A stretch of DNA of 32,000 nucleotides from Coprobacillaceae bacterium. GTDB taxonomy: Bacteria > Bacillota_I > Bacilli_A > Erysipelotrichales > Coprobacillaceae. This document shows, one piece after another, positions 24,436 through 32,000 of this stretch (the first letter of the stretch is position 1; each line of letters begins with the position of its first letter). The position numbers and the translations under genes are program-made. The DNA is taken from assembly GCA_963675515.1 (NCBI GenBank), contig OY776328.1, positions 1,200,001 to 1,232,000 of the forward strand. The letters run 5' to 3'. A model generated the notes under the pieces. It had not been told where the DNA came from and made no database searches. It saw nothing but the letters and a program-made list of their open reading frames with translations.

Positions 24436-25950
24436 ATGGCAATAGGTACTACGAATGTGGGTTTTGAGGAGCAATTGTGGCAGGCTGCCGATAAGTTGCG
24501 ATCAAGTATGGATGCTGCTGAATACAAGCATGTCGTTTTAGGGTTAATATTCCTTAAATACGTATCGGACTCGTTCAAAGAAAAATATGAACAACTTAAA
24601 GCTGAAGGATATGGTGACGAGGAAGATCGCGACGAATATATTGCCGATAATATTTTCTGGGTCCCGAAGGAAGCAAGATGGGAATACATAAAGGCTCATG
24701 CAACAAGTGCATTAATTGGTGATGTGATTGATAAAGGTATGGAATCAATAGAAAAAGAGAATAGTTCGTTGAAGGGCGTTTTAACCAAGAATTACTCTCG
24801 TCAAGAATTGGATAAGACTAGGCTTGGTGAGCTAGTAACCTTGTTTACCAATGTCGATATGGGTACATCTCTCGCCCAAGAAAGAGATGTATTGGGTAGA
24901 GTATATGAATATTTCCTTAGCAAGTTTGCATCGGCAGAGGGTAAATTGGGTGGCGAATTCTACACTCCGTCGTGTATTGTCCGTACATTGGTAGATATGA
25001 TAGAACCTTTTGAGGGACAAATTTATGACCCGGCTTGTGGTTCAGGTGGAATGTTTTGTCAATCTGCTCGTTTTGTAAAAGAGCATCAAGGTAATATTAG
25101 AGATATCTCAATTTTTGGCCAGGAGAGTAATCCGACTACCTGGAAGTTGGCGAAAATGAACCTGGCACTTAGAGGGTTAGAAGCAAACCTTGGAAAACAT
25201 AATGCGGATACATTCCATGATGATCAACATAAAACTTTGAAAGCAAATTATATCTTAGCCAACCCGCCTTTCAATATCTCGGATTGGGGTGGTGAACGAT
25301 TACAGCATGATATCAGATGGAGGTATGGGATTCCGCCTGTTGGTAATGCCAACTACGCATGGTTACAACACATGCTCCATCATCTAAATCCTGTTGGCGG
25401 CGTTGCCGGAACAGTATTGGCCAATGGTTCATTAAGTTCTAATACATCAAATGAAGGTGAAATCAGAAAGAATATGATCATTGGTGATGTGGTAGAGTGC
25501 ATCGTTTCAATGCCAAGTAACCTTTTCTATTCCGTAACTATTCCGGTCTCTCTTTGGATAATGAGGAAAGGGAAGACAGATGCGGCAAAAGGAAAAGTCC
25601 TTTTCATTGATGCTCGTAACCTTGGGTTAATGGTTGACCGTAAGGTCAGAGAGTTATCGGAAGAAGATATTCAGAAGATAGCTTCTACATATCAAAACTG
25701 GCGCCATGGTAAAGATTACGAAGATATCCAAGGATTCTGTAAGAGTGCGACGTTAGAAGAAGTAGCGGAGCAGGATTATATTCTAACTCCTGGCCGATAT
25801 GTTGGGATTGAAGAACAAGAAGATGACGGTGAACCATTCGAAGAAAAGATGACAAGACTATCTTCGGAACTATATGACTTGTTTGAAGAGTCGCATAAAC
25901 TGGAAGCTGAAATTTGTAAAAAACTGGCGGCTATTGGATATGGTAAATAA
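24436..25950 (+). CDS. hsdM: Type I restriction-modification system, DNA methyltransferase subunit M
   Basis: N-terminal HsdM_N-like sequence [33 protein letters not shown]. The AdoMet motif is DPACGSGGM and the catalytic motif is NPPF ([11 protein letters not shown]). Confidence 0.95.
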   Translation: MAIGTTNVGFEEQLWQAADKLRSSMDAAEYKHVVLGLIFLKYVSDSFKEKYEQLKAEGYGDEEDRDEYIADNIFWVPKEARWEYIKAHATSALIGDVIDKGMESIEKENSSLKGVLTKNYSRQELDKTRLGELVTLFTNVDMGTSLAQERDVLGRVYEYFLSKFASAEGKLGGEFYTPSCIVRTLVDMIEPFEGQIYDPACGSGGMFCQSARFVKEHQGNIRDISIFGQESNPTTWKLAKMNLALRGLEANLGKHNADTFHDDQHKTLKANYILANPPFNISDWGGERLQHDIRWRYGIPPVGNANYAWLQHMLHHLNPVGGVAGTVLANGSLSSNTSNEGEIRKNMIIGDVVECIVSMPSNLFYSVTIPVSLWIMRKGKTDAAKGKVLFIDARNLGLMVDRKVRELSEEDIQKIASTYQNWRHGKDYEDIQGFCKSATLEEVAEQDYILTPGRYVGIEEQEDDGEPFEEKMTRLSSELYDLFEESHKLEAEICKKLAAIGYGK

Positions 25951-26000
25951 GATAAATTGTGATTTGTATGACTATAAAAAACATTTAGGAGGTTTTAAAA

Positions 26001-26777
26001 ATGGCAAAATACTCCCCGCAGACTAATTACTTTGAAACATCACAAAAATTATCCAAAGCATATACAATATCTTATTTGATTATCTTTATACTTTCAATTA
26101 TTGCAACAATTTTTGAACTTAGTGACATAAGTGAATATATTGGGATTATAGCGATAATATTTTTATTTGTATTAGAAGCTATATCTCAAGACTTCAAGTT
26201 GCGAGCAGAAAGGGTTCGCAGAAAAGACTTTATTGATAATTCATTCGGAACCAGTTTTGTTCATGATTCGTCGCAGGAATATTATGACAATGATGAGTTG
26301 GAAGTAGGTATGAAAAAGGCAATGATAAACTTGTTCGAGAATTCATTTTTTTCGTTTAATGTTTCAAAAGAAATGTTACGAAAAAGTATTGCTATAAATT
26401 TGTTATTTATGCTAGGTATCATATTCATGGCTATTTATGGGTTTAGTAGATATCAGATTGCAATTCCTATATTACAGTTATTTCTATCAAGATATTTTTT
26501 GTTGAAAATACTTAAAACATATAACTTTATGAATAGGGTCGAAGATAGTTTCAATTCATTGAAACAGATTACGGCAAATACAGAAAATAATAGAATACTT
26601 GATAAGAATGAAATCAAGTTTCTGACTGTTTTAGTAGATTATGAAGTGTTGATTGCTGAATCAAATATTAGCCTTGATTCAAAAGTTTTTGAACGGTTGA
26701 ATGATAAATTAACTGAGGAATGGGAGCAGATTAAGGATAAGTATCTAAAAGGGGGAAATAAAGATGAGTGTAAATAG
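26001..26777 (+). CDS. 4-TM membrane protein (2+2 helices), candidate S-4TM/SLATT-like effector
   Basis: Strong AGGAGG RBS. Hydrophobic helices lie at about aa 21-38, 45-61, 129-147 and 151-171, separated by a ~65-aa polar linker. There is an ~85-aa helical charged tail and no enzymatic motif. The stop overlaps the next gene by 14 nt. Confidence 0.55.
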   Translation: MAKYSPQTNYFETSQKLSKAYTISYLIIFILSIIATIFELSDISEYIGIIAIIFLFVLEAISQDFKLRAERVRRKDFIDNSFGTSFVHDSSQEYYDNDELEVGMKKAMINLFENSFFSFNVSKEMLRKSIAINLLFMLGIIFMAIYGFSRYQIAIPILQLFLSRYFLLKILKTYNFMNRVEDSFNSLKQITANTENNRILDKNEIKFLTVLVDYEVLIAESNISLDSKVFERLNDKLTEEWEQIKDKYLKGGNKDECK

Positions 26778-27558
26778 CTATGCAGAATCTCTTTCAAGTG
26801 ATTTGGTTTTAAGTCACAGTGAAAAAGAAAATATCAAAAGATCAATCACTACTTTAAGAACACGGCTAAATTTTTATTTTGGAGATATTAAAGAGATGTT
26901 TGAGTTCGGGTCATATACTAGAGGAACGATTTTACCAAGAAAGGCCGATTCAAATTCAGATATCGACTTTATGGTTGTTTTTGACAATAGTGATGACTAC
27001 AAACCCCAAACATATCTAAATAGGTTAAAGAAATTCGTTGAAAAATATTATTCTACTTCAGAGATTTTTCAATCATCACCGACTATTGTGTTGAATTTGA
27101 ACCACATTAAATTTGAGTTGGTTCCGGCGTATTCACCAATCTCTCTATGGAGTGCAACTTATTACATACCAGCACCAAAACAAGACTACAGAGAATGGAT
27201 GGAAACATCACCAAATAATTTTAACCAGTCCCTTATAGACAAAAATAATCAAGAAAACAGCAAGATAAAACCAGTGATACGACTTGCCAAATATTGGAAT
27301 GCTTCACAAGGTAGGGTTTATTCATCATATGCTTTGGAAGAGTATATTGTAAAATTAAGTTATGGTTATTTTTCAACTTCTGTGTTTGATTATTTTTATG
27401 ATTTTGCTTTAAGCCTTTCTACAGGACACCTAAATGTAACAGCAAAGACGAAGGTAGATCGCTTACAGAGTATCGTTAGAGAAATTAAACAACTGAAAGA
27501 TAATGGGAGTGAGTATTCTGCAGAGCAAAAGTTGAAAAAGATACTACCGGAATTATAG
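26764..27558 (+). CDS. minimal Pol-beta-fold nucleotidyltransferase, SMODS/CD-NTase-like
   Basis: The pattern FGSYTRGT (G49-S50) ... SDIDFMVVF (D66,D68) ... KFELVPA (E118) fits the GS...DxD...(D/E) catalytic pattern. The C-lobe-like segment VIRLAKYWNASQG..SSYALEEYIV is as in OAS/CD-NTase-type enzymes. AAGGGGG RBS upstream. Confidence 0.6.
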   Translation: MSVNSYAESLSSDLVLSHSEKENIKRSITTLRTRLNFYFGDIKEMFEFGSYTRGTILPRKADSNSDIDFMVVFDNSDDYKPQTYLNRLKKFVEKYYSTSEIFQSSPTIVLNLNHIKFELVPAYSPISLWSATYYIPAPKQDYREWMETSPNNFNQSLIDKNNQENSKIKPVIRLAKYWNASQGRVYSSYALEEYIVKLSYGYFSTSVFDYFYDFALSLSTGHLNVTAKTKVDRLQSIVREIKQLKDNGSEYSAEQKLKKILPEL

Positions 27559-27870
27559 GGTAGTATGCAAGTAATATGGTTGTGTTGTAAAAAGTTTATA
27601 AGAAGAAAAACGGAAAAATAGATGTTTTTTAATTTATCATTTATATATAGTCAAAATATAAATGTGAATAATAATTATATTTTGAGATTCGGTTTGATAA
27701 ATAGGACTGATTACAGTACGCTAGATTAGCTGAATCCTATTATAAAGACAGGGTTTTGGACAATTCTATCGAAGAATAAAAAAATGTTCAAATATCTTAC
27801 GAGTTGCAAAAATTAGGGATGTTAGCTCCAAAAATTGTGATTTAGCGTATCAAAAAGAAGGTGGAAATAG

Positions 27871-29055
27871 ATGGCGAAACTAGGTGATTATATAAAGATA
27901 AAGCATGGATTTGCTTTTAAGGGTAATTATATTTCGACAGAAGATAATAATGTAGTTTTAGTGACTCCGGGAAATTTTGCTATAGGCGGAGGATTTAAAG
28001 AACAAAAATGCAAGTATTTTAGTGGCGATTATCCAGACGATTATGTTCTTAATGAAGATGATTTGATTGTAACAATGACAGATTTAAGCAAGGCAGTTGA
28101 TACTCTAGGCTATAGTGCTCTAGTTCCTGGTTCAAATTCTCGAACATATCTTCATAACCAACGTATCGGATTAGTGCAGTTATTGAATAAGGACATTGAT
28201 AAGCATTATTTATATTGGTTTATGAGAACTCCAGTATATCAAAAAACTATTATTGCAACTTCAACAGGTTCAACAGTTCATCATACATCTCCAAAACGTA
28301 TTTATGAGGTTGAAATTCAAGTTCCAGAAATTGATGTTCAAAAGAAGGTAGCTAAATTTTTAGATGATTTAGAAAGAAAAATCATAGTAAATGAAAAGAT
28401 AAATAGGAATTTATATGACCTAACAAAAGCCGTCTATAATGAACGATTTGGAAATCTTCAAAAAACAAAATTATTAGAGGATTACCCTGTTAGAATATAT
28501 AGTGGTGGTACTCCAAGTACTTCATTGAGTGAATATTGGAATGGAGATATACCGTGGCTTTCATCAGGTGAAACAGCCGAGTCATTTGTCACAACAACAT
28601 ATAAAAATATTACCCAGTTGGGCGTAGACAATTCATCAACTAGATGGGCTGAAAAATACGATGTAGTAACTGCTTCTGCTGGACAAGGGCATACTCGAGG
28701 TCAAACATCAATGCTACTCCTTGGTGCGTATATAAATCAGTCGGTTATAGTGACTCATGCAGAAAAGCAATACATGCCATTTATTTATTTTAACATTAGT
28801 GGCAGATATGAAGAACTTAGAGTTTTATCTGATGGAACTAGTACACGAGGGAGTCTTACAACAAAGATTATGGCAAAACTAAGCATGCCAGACGTTTCTG
28901 AATCTGAAATATCTGAGTACGCTGAATTTGTATGGCCAATTATAGATAAAATTGAGATAAATCTGTTAGAAATAGAACGATTAACATTGCTTAGGGATAA
29001 TCTATTACCAAAACTAATGTCTGGTGAATTGAACGTTTCAGGTTTAGACATTTAG
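27871..29055 (+). CDS. hsdS: Type I restriction-modification system, specificity subunit S
   Basis: Two target-recognition halves are each followed by a conserved helical spacer (KKVAKFLDDLERKIIVNEKINRNLYDL and LLEIERLTLLRDNLLPKLMSGEL). The N-terminus LGDYIKIKHGFAFKG is typical. GAAGGTGG RBS upstream. Confidence 0.9.
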   Translation: MAKLGDYIKIKHGFAFKGNYISTEDNNVVLVTPGNFAIGGGFKEQKCKYFSGDYPDDYVLNEDDLIVTMTDLSKAVDTLGYSALVPGSNSRTYLHNQRIGLVQLLNKDIDKHYLYWFMRTPVYQKTIIATSTGSTVHHTSPKRIYEVEIQVPEIDVQKKVAKFLDDLERKIIVNEKINRNLYDLTKAVYNERFGNLQKTKLLEDYPVRIYSGGTPSTSLSEYWNGDIPWLSSGETAESFVTTTYKNITQLGVDNSSTRWAEKYDVVTASAGQGHTRGQTSMLLLGAYINQSVIVTHAEKQYMPFIYFNISGRYEELRVLSDGTSTRGSLTTKIMAKLSMPDVSESEISEYAEFVWPIIDKIEINLLEIERLTLLRDNLLPKLMSGELNVSGLDI

Positions 29056-29195
29056 TACGATAGATATTAATTTTTTTATGACGTTAAAGGATAGATATCT
29101 TTGTTAAAAGTAGCATTTGATAGGTTTTGAGCTATCAATGGATAAGGATAATTGTAGATATAAGACAACGATATAAAAAGGCGGAGGTATCTTAA

Positions 29196-30317
29196 ATGAT
29201 GCATGATGATTTATACTTTGCTACATATGAAGATTTTGTAGAAGAATACGGGAAGTATCATATGCATGATTGTAATGTATGCGGTGCTCATAGAGAACAA
29301 ACAGAAGCTTATCTCAATGTTTATTTAGATGACAAACATCTGGAATTTCAGGAGATATTAGTTTTGCAGTGTCAGCATTGTGGTAAATGGGTATTACCAA
29401 TGCATAGTAAAGAAATGATCGATGGTGCATTTAAAACAGCCGTTAAAGAGAATCAATCACACGGATTATTTTATCCAAAAGGATATAAGAAAGTGTTTGA
29501 TTATTGTGTGGCTATGGGACTAAAATACGACCATAGAGATTATTTTAACGTCCCAGGGTTAAGTTATGATGAGGAACATTCTGTTGAAGGGTTCTTGACG
29601 CCTGTATATTTTACCAAAAGTGGATTATATTACTTTCTTTATGATCCAGAATATAATCTGCATTTATTTTCAGAAACATATGGTAGCTTGAGTTTCCGTG
29701 ATGAATGGAATATTCCGTTTGGAATAAATAGGAATGGAAACGTCATCTTCTGGTTGGGCGATCTAAGTTACATTGATGAACGATCGTTGCAGATACTCAA
29801 ACCACATAATATTGAATCCGATCATCAATTAATTGTTTCGGAATTTTATGCTGCTCAATTGTGCTGTATTTGGAGCGAACCAAATAAAGAGATGAGTATC
29901 TACTTTCAAAGAAGTGCCCTCTATAAACGAATCGAAGATAAACATAAGATTAAACTGTTTCATTTAGAGGATGAAGTGAAAGAGCAGATGAATAAGTTCC
30001 AAAAACCAATAGTAATTACTGAAGCTAACATAGAACCAAGTATAAATCTATTACATAAGGTATTAGTTGAGGGTGTCGACATCCCAGAGCTGAGGAAGTT
30101 ATATGAAATATCGGTTGAGAGTACTTCAAAGGGATATACGGACTGGAAGTCAATTAAGTTGTATCAGGGGATATTAGAGCCATATGTTTCTGAAGATGAG
30201 TTGCGAAAGATCATCTCCCCAATGTTTCTACTAAATGATTTTCGTCAGTATTTCGATCATCTTTTGCCGAATGATAAAAGACAAAGTGGTACTATGTCAA
30301 TATTTAGGACAAATTAA
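29196..30317 (+). CDS. uncharacterised protein with N-terminal CxxC...CxxC zinc-ribbon; last codons supplied by the IS end
   Basis: GGAGG RBS. The zinc-ribbon is CNVCGAH...(28 aa)...CQHCGKW (YgiT/MqsA-like). The remaining ~300 aa have no motif I recognise. The final codons AGG ACA AAT TAA lie within the inferred IS3 terminal repeat. Confidence 0.7.
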   Translation: MMHDDLYFATYEDFVEEYGKYHMHDCNVCGAHREQTEAYLNVYLDDKHLEFQEILVLQCQHCGKWVLPMHSKEMIDGAFKTAVKENQSHGLFYPKGYKKVFDYCVAMGLKYDHRDYFNVPGLSYDEEHSVEGFLTPVYFTKSGLYYFLYDPEYNLHLFSETYGSLSFRDEWNIPFGINRNGNVIFWLGDLSYIDERSLQILKPHNIESDHQLIVSEFYAAQLCCIWSEPNKEMSIYFQRSALYKRIEDKHKIKLFHLEDEVKEQMNKFQKPIVITEANIEPSINLLHKVLVEGVDIPELRKLYEISVESTSKGYTDWKSIKLYQGILEPYVSEDELRKIISPMFLLNDFRQYFDHLLPNDKRQSGTMSIFRTN

Positions 30318-30327
30318 ATGTAAGAAT

Positions 30328-31149
30328 TTAACTTGCCTTGCTTAGGTTAATGTAATTCTTTTCAAATTGATTTGGTGATAAATATCCACAGTGTGAATGT
30401 ATTCGCACCGTGTTATAGAACCCTTCAATATATTCAAATATTATGCGATAAGCATGGTGATAATCTTGTATTATAAAACGATTTGTCCATTCTCGCTTGA
30501 TTAGTGCGTGAAAAGATTCGATACAAGCGTTATCCCAAGGGTTACCTTTGTCGGAGTAGCTGGTAACCATATCTTCAGTCATTTCCTTGAATAGTTTCGA
30601 AGTAAATTGCACACCTCGGTCAGAATGTATGACAATAGGGTCATCTGTGTTACGTCTCTGTTTGGCTTCCGCCAGGCATTTAAGCACTGCCTCGGAACTT
30701 AAGGTGTCGCTCAATGTCCAGGCAATTATCCGCCTAGAATAAAGATCCATTATGCTGGTCAGGTATACAAATCCGTCATCCTGAGTCCACACATAAGTAA
30801 TATCGGTACACCAGGCACCATTAGGTTTTTCGGGGTTAAAATCACGTTTAAGGATATTTCTAAGTTTATTTGAAAAGTCACAATCTTTGGTGGTCACTGT
30901 ATAAGGTCGGATATAGTGGGCTCTCATGTTGTTTTCTCTCATAATATTGCCCACATATTTTTCACTGATTTTATGGCCTGATTTTCGAAGCAATTCAGTT
31001 ATTTTAGGGGCGCCGTAGATCTGCTTGGAATCGTCATGTATTTCCTTGATTTCCTTTGCTAGAATGGCTTTTCTGACCTTTTGCTTTGATGGTGTTCTTT
31101 TCAAATAATTGTAATATCCTGATTTGCTTACTCCTAGTTTGTTTAGCAC
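30328..31149 (-). CDS. IS3-family transposase OrfB (DDE integrase domain), expressed as OrfAB fusion
   Basis: DDE signatures are WCTDITY, HSDRGVQFTS and NACIESFH. The orfB frame stays open upstream to the slippery site at 31239-31245. Confidence 0.9.
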   Translation of the reverse strand: MLNKLGVSKSGYYNYLKRTPSKQKVRKAILAKEIKEIHDDSKQIYGAPKITELLRKSGHKISEKYVGNIMRENNMRAHYIRPYTVTTKDCDFSNKLRNILKRDFNPEKPNGAWCTDITYVWTQDDGFVYLTSIMDLYSRRIIAWTLSDTLSSEAVLKCLAEAKQRRNTDDPIVIHSDRGVQFTSKLFKEMTEDMVTSYSDKGNPWDNACIESFHALIKREWTNRFIIQDYHHAYRIIFEYIEGFYNTVRIHSHCGYLSPNQFEKNYINLSKAS

Positions 31150-31214
31150 ACTGGAAACAGAAATTTTGGCTGTTTTGCCTTGTTCTTCTACTGCGGCGTA
31201 GATTTCCTGTTTTG

Positions 31215-31505
31215 TTATTTCCCCAGTATGCCAATAGCCTTTTTTAGGACATCTAGCGCATCCTTGGTATCCTTGAGTTCTTTCTTCAGTCTCGCAATTT
31301 CTTTTGCTTCATCGCTGGAAAAATTCCCGCTACCTCTTGAAGCAACAACCCCATTATTTGCACCAGCGTCTTTGAGCCATTTGTGAATCGTGGCATCCGA
31401 AATTCCAAAACGCTTGGAAACAGCTATTTTGGATTCTTCAGGGTGATCAGCAACATACTGAACAACGCCTTGTTTGAATTCATCTGTATAAATTGGTCTA
31501 CTCAT
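31215..31505 (-). CDS. IS3-family transposase OrfA (HTH)
   Basis: The HTH-containing sequence KIAVSKRFGISDATIHKWLK is followed by leucine-zipper-like KEIARLKKELKDTKDALDVLKKA. A GGAG RBS lies 9 nt upstream of the ATG. Confidence 0.9.
   Translation of the reverse strand: MSRPIYTDEFKQGVVQYVADHPEESKIAVSKRFGISDATIHKWLKDAGANNGVVASRGSGNFSSDEAKEIARLKKELKDTKDALDVLKKAIGILGK
31239..31245 (-). other. programmed -1 ribosomal frameshift heptamer A AAA AAG
   Basis: On the minus strand orfA reads CTA AAA AAG. This puts the canonical X XXY YYZ heptamer in the zero frame. A -1 shift enters the orfB frame. Confidence 0.8.
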
Positions 31506-32000
31506 ATCTCGATCTCCATCATAATTTTTAGTTTATGACATTCTACCACATTGATGGAAATTCTTCCATTTCACTAGTACAGTTTCTATTCTAGCATCAA
31601 AGTGTTAAGACGAATATATTGGAGTCGTTAGATGTAGATTCTTTTGAACAAATTAGTGAGATATATGATCTTATGTTAAAGCGGTTGGCTGTATTATATG
31701 AGTACTTAAGTATTGCTGTAGAGAAAACTAAAACTTTAGGTAAGACATGAGAAAATAGGCATCAGCTCGAGAAGATTTGAGGAAGATTATGGGGTAATTA
31801 TCCTTATAAATCTTAAAGCGTGAGGCATGGAAATAGTACGATAAATTTTAATTTTACTTTCAGGTTACCTAAGTACTGAATACAGCAATTACCCGAAAGA
31901 TAAGGATGTTATTTTGGCTGTTACGGAGCGTAACGGCTTCGTTATGGATCGTTTCTTGCATTCAATCAATTCCGTTGATATAGTGAAGTTGCCAATAAAA

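Larger units (their letters stand above)
30306..31582 (-). mobile_element. IS3-family insertion sequence (~1.28 kb); ends approximate
   Basis: orfA/orfB are arranged with a -1 frameshift. The imperfect terminal inverted repeats are AGGACAAATTAAATGTAAGAATTT (30306-30329) and the reverse complement of 31558-31581, TGTACTAGTGAAATGGAAGAATTT (18/24 match). A possible TTT target duplication lies at 30303-30305 and 31583-31585. Confidence 0.8.

Noticed and set aside
31595-31750. An open frame after the IS (…NILESLDVDSFEQISEIYDLMLKRLAVLYEYLSIAVEKTKTLGKT), considered as a displaced C-terminus of the zinc-ribbon gene.
   Set aside because: With the inferred TTT duplication, the restored frame hits TAG at 31592-31594 before this segment. 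There is no ATG or RBS. It could be a small gene or a remnant, but this cannot be supported from sequence alone.
31869-31880. The 12-mer CTAAGTACTGAA is shared with the left arm of the 31-bp palindrome at 23699-23729. I considered these as possible paired att sites flanking the R-M islet.
   Set aside because: A single shared 12-mer among all possible pairs in 32 kb of AT-rich sequence is expected by chance. The second site has no palindromic partner or other supporting structure.
31845-32000. A frame open to the window edge (…VILAVTERNGFVMDRFLHSINSVDIVKLPIK), considered as the start of a downstream gene such as hsdR.
   Set aside because: There is no clear start codon or RBS, and too little sequence is available to recognise a family.

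Overview
This window is AT-rich and almost entirely plus-strand. It reads like part of a Firmicutes-type conjugative element (plasmid or ICE). All functional calls come from motif recognition by eye; no database search was possible.

- **About 0.1-19.3 kb, transfer and establishment genes:** an ArdC-like antirestriction protein, then a small ORF coupled to a Fic-domain protein with a non-canonical motif. These are followed by a VirB4-like ATPase and a CHAP/lytic-transglycosylase-like wall hydrolase. Next comes a candidate oriT followed by two ribbon-helix-helix genes and a MOBP-type relaxase. The block ends with a 1650-aa wall-anchored adhesin carrying five ~330-bp tandem isopeptide-type repeats, a VirD4-type coupling protein, a pentapeptide-repeat protein and an Ig-like membrane protein.
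- **19.3-20.6 kb:** a PadR plus membrane-protein cassette bracketed by ~100-bp direct repeats.
- **20.7-23.5 kb:** a promoter, structured leader and terminator upstream of a K/E-tailed protein. After that come a small serine recombinase preceded by a 26-bp (12+2+12) hix/res-like palindrome, and a large serine recombinase.
- **24.2-30.3 kb:** a Type I R-M locus (HTH, hsdM, hsdS; no hsdR seen). Its hsdM-hsdS junction is split by a visibly AT-richer two-gene insert: a 4-TM protein overlapping a SMODS/CD-NTase-like nucleotidyltransferase. This is my top candidate for an atypical or undescribed defence module. An uncharacterised zinc-ribbon protein follows, and its extreme 3' end is hit by an IS3-family element (30.3-31.6 kb, minus strand, A AAA AAG frameshift).
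- **Recurring motif:** an 18-bp perfect palindrome, GGTGGCAATTTTGCCACC, occurs five times at module junctions.
- **Not seen:** no rRNA, tRNA or CRISPR array.
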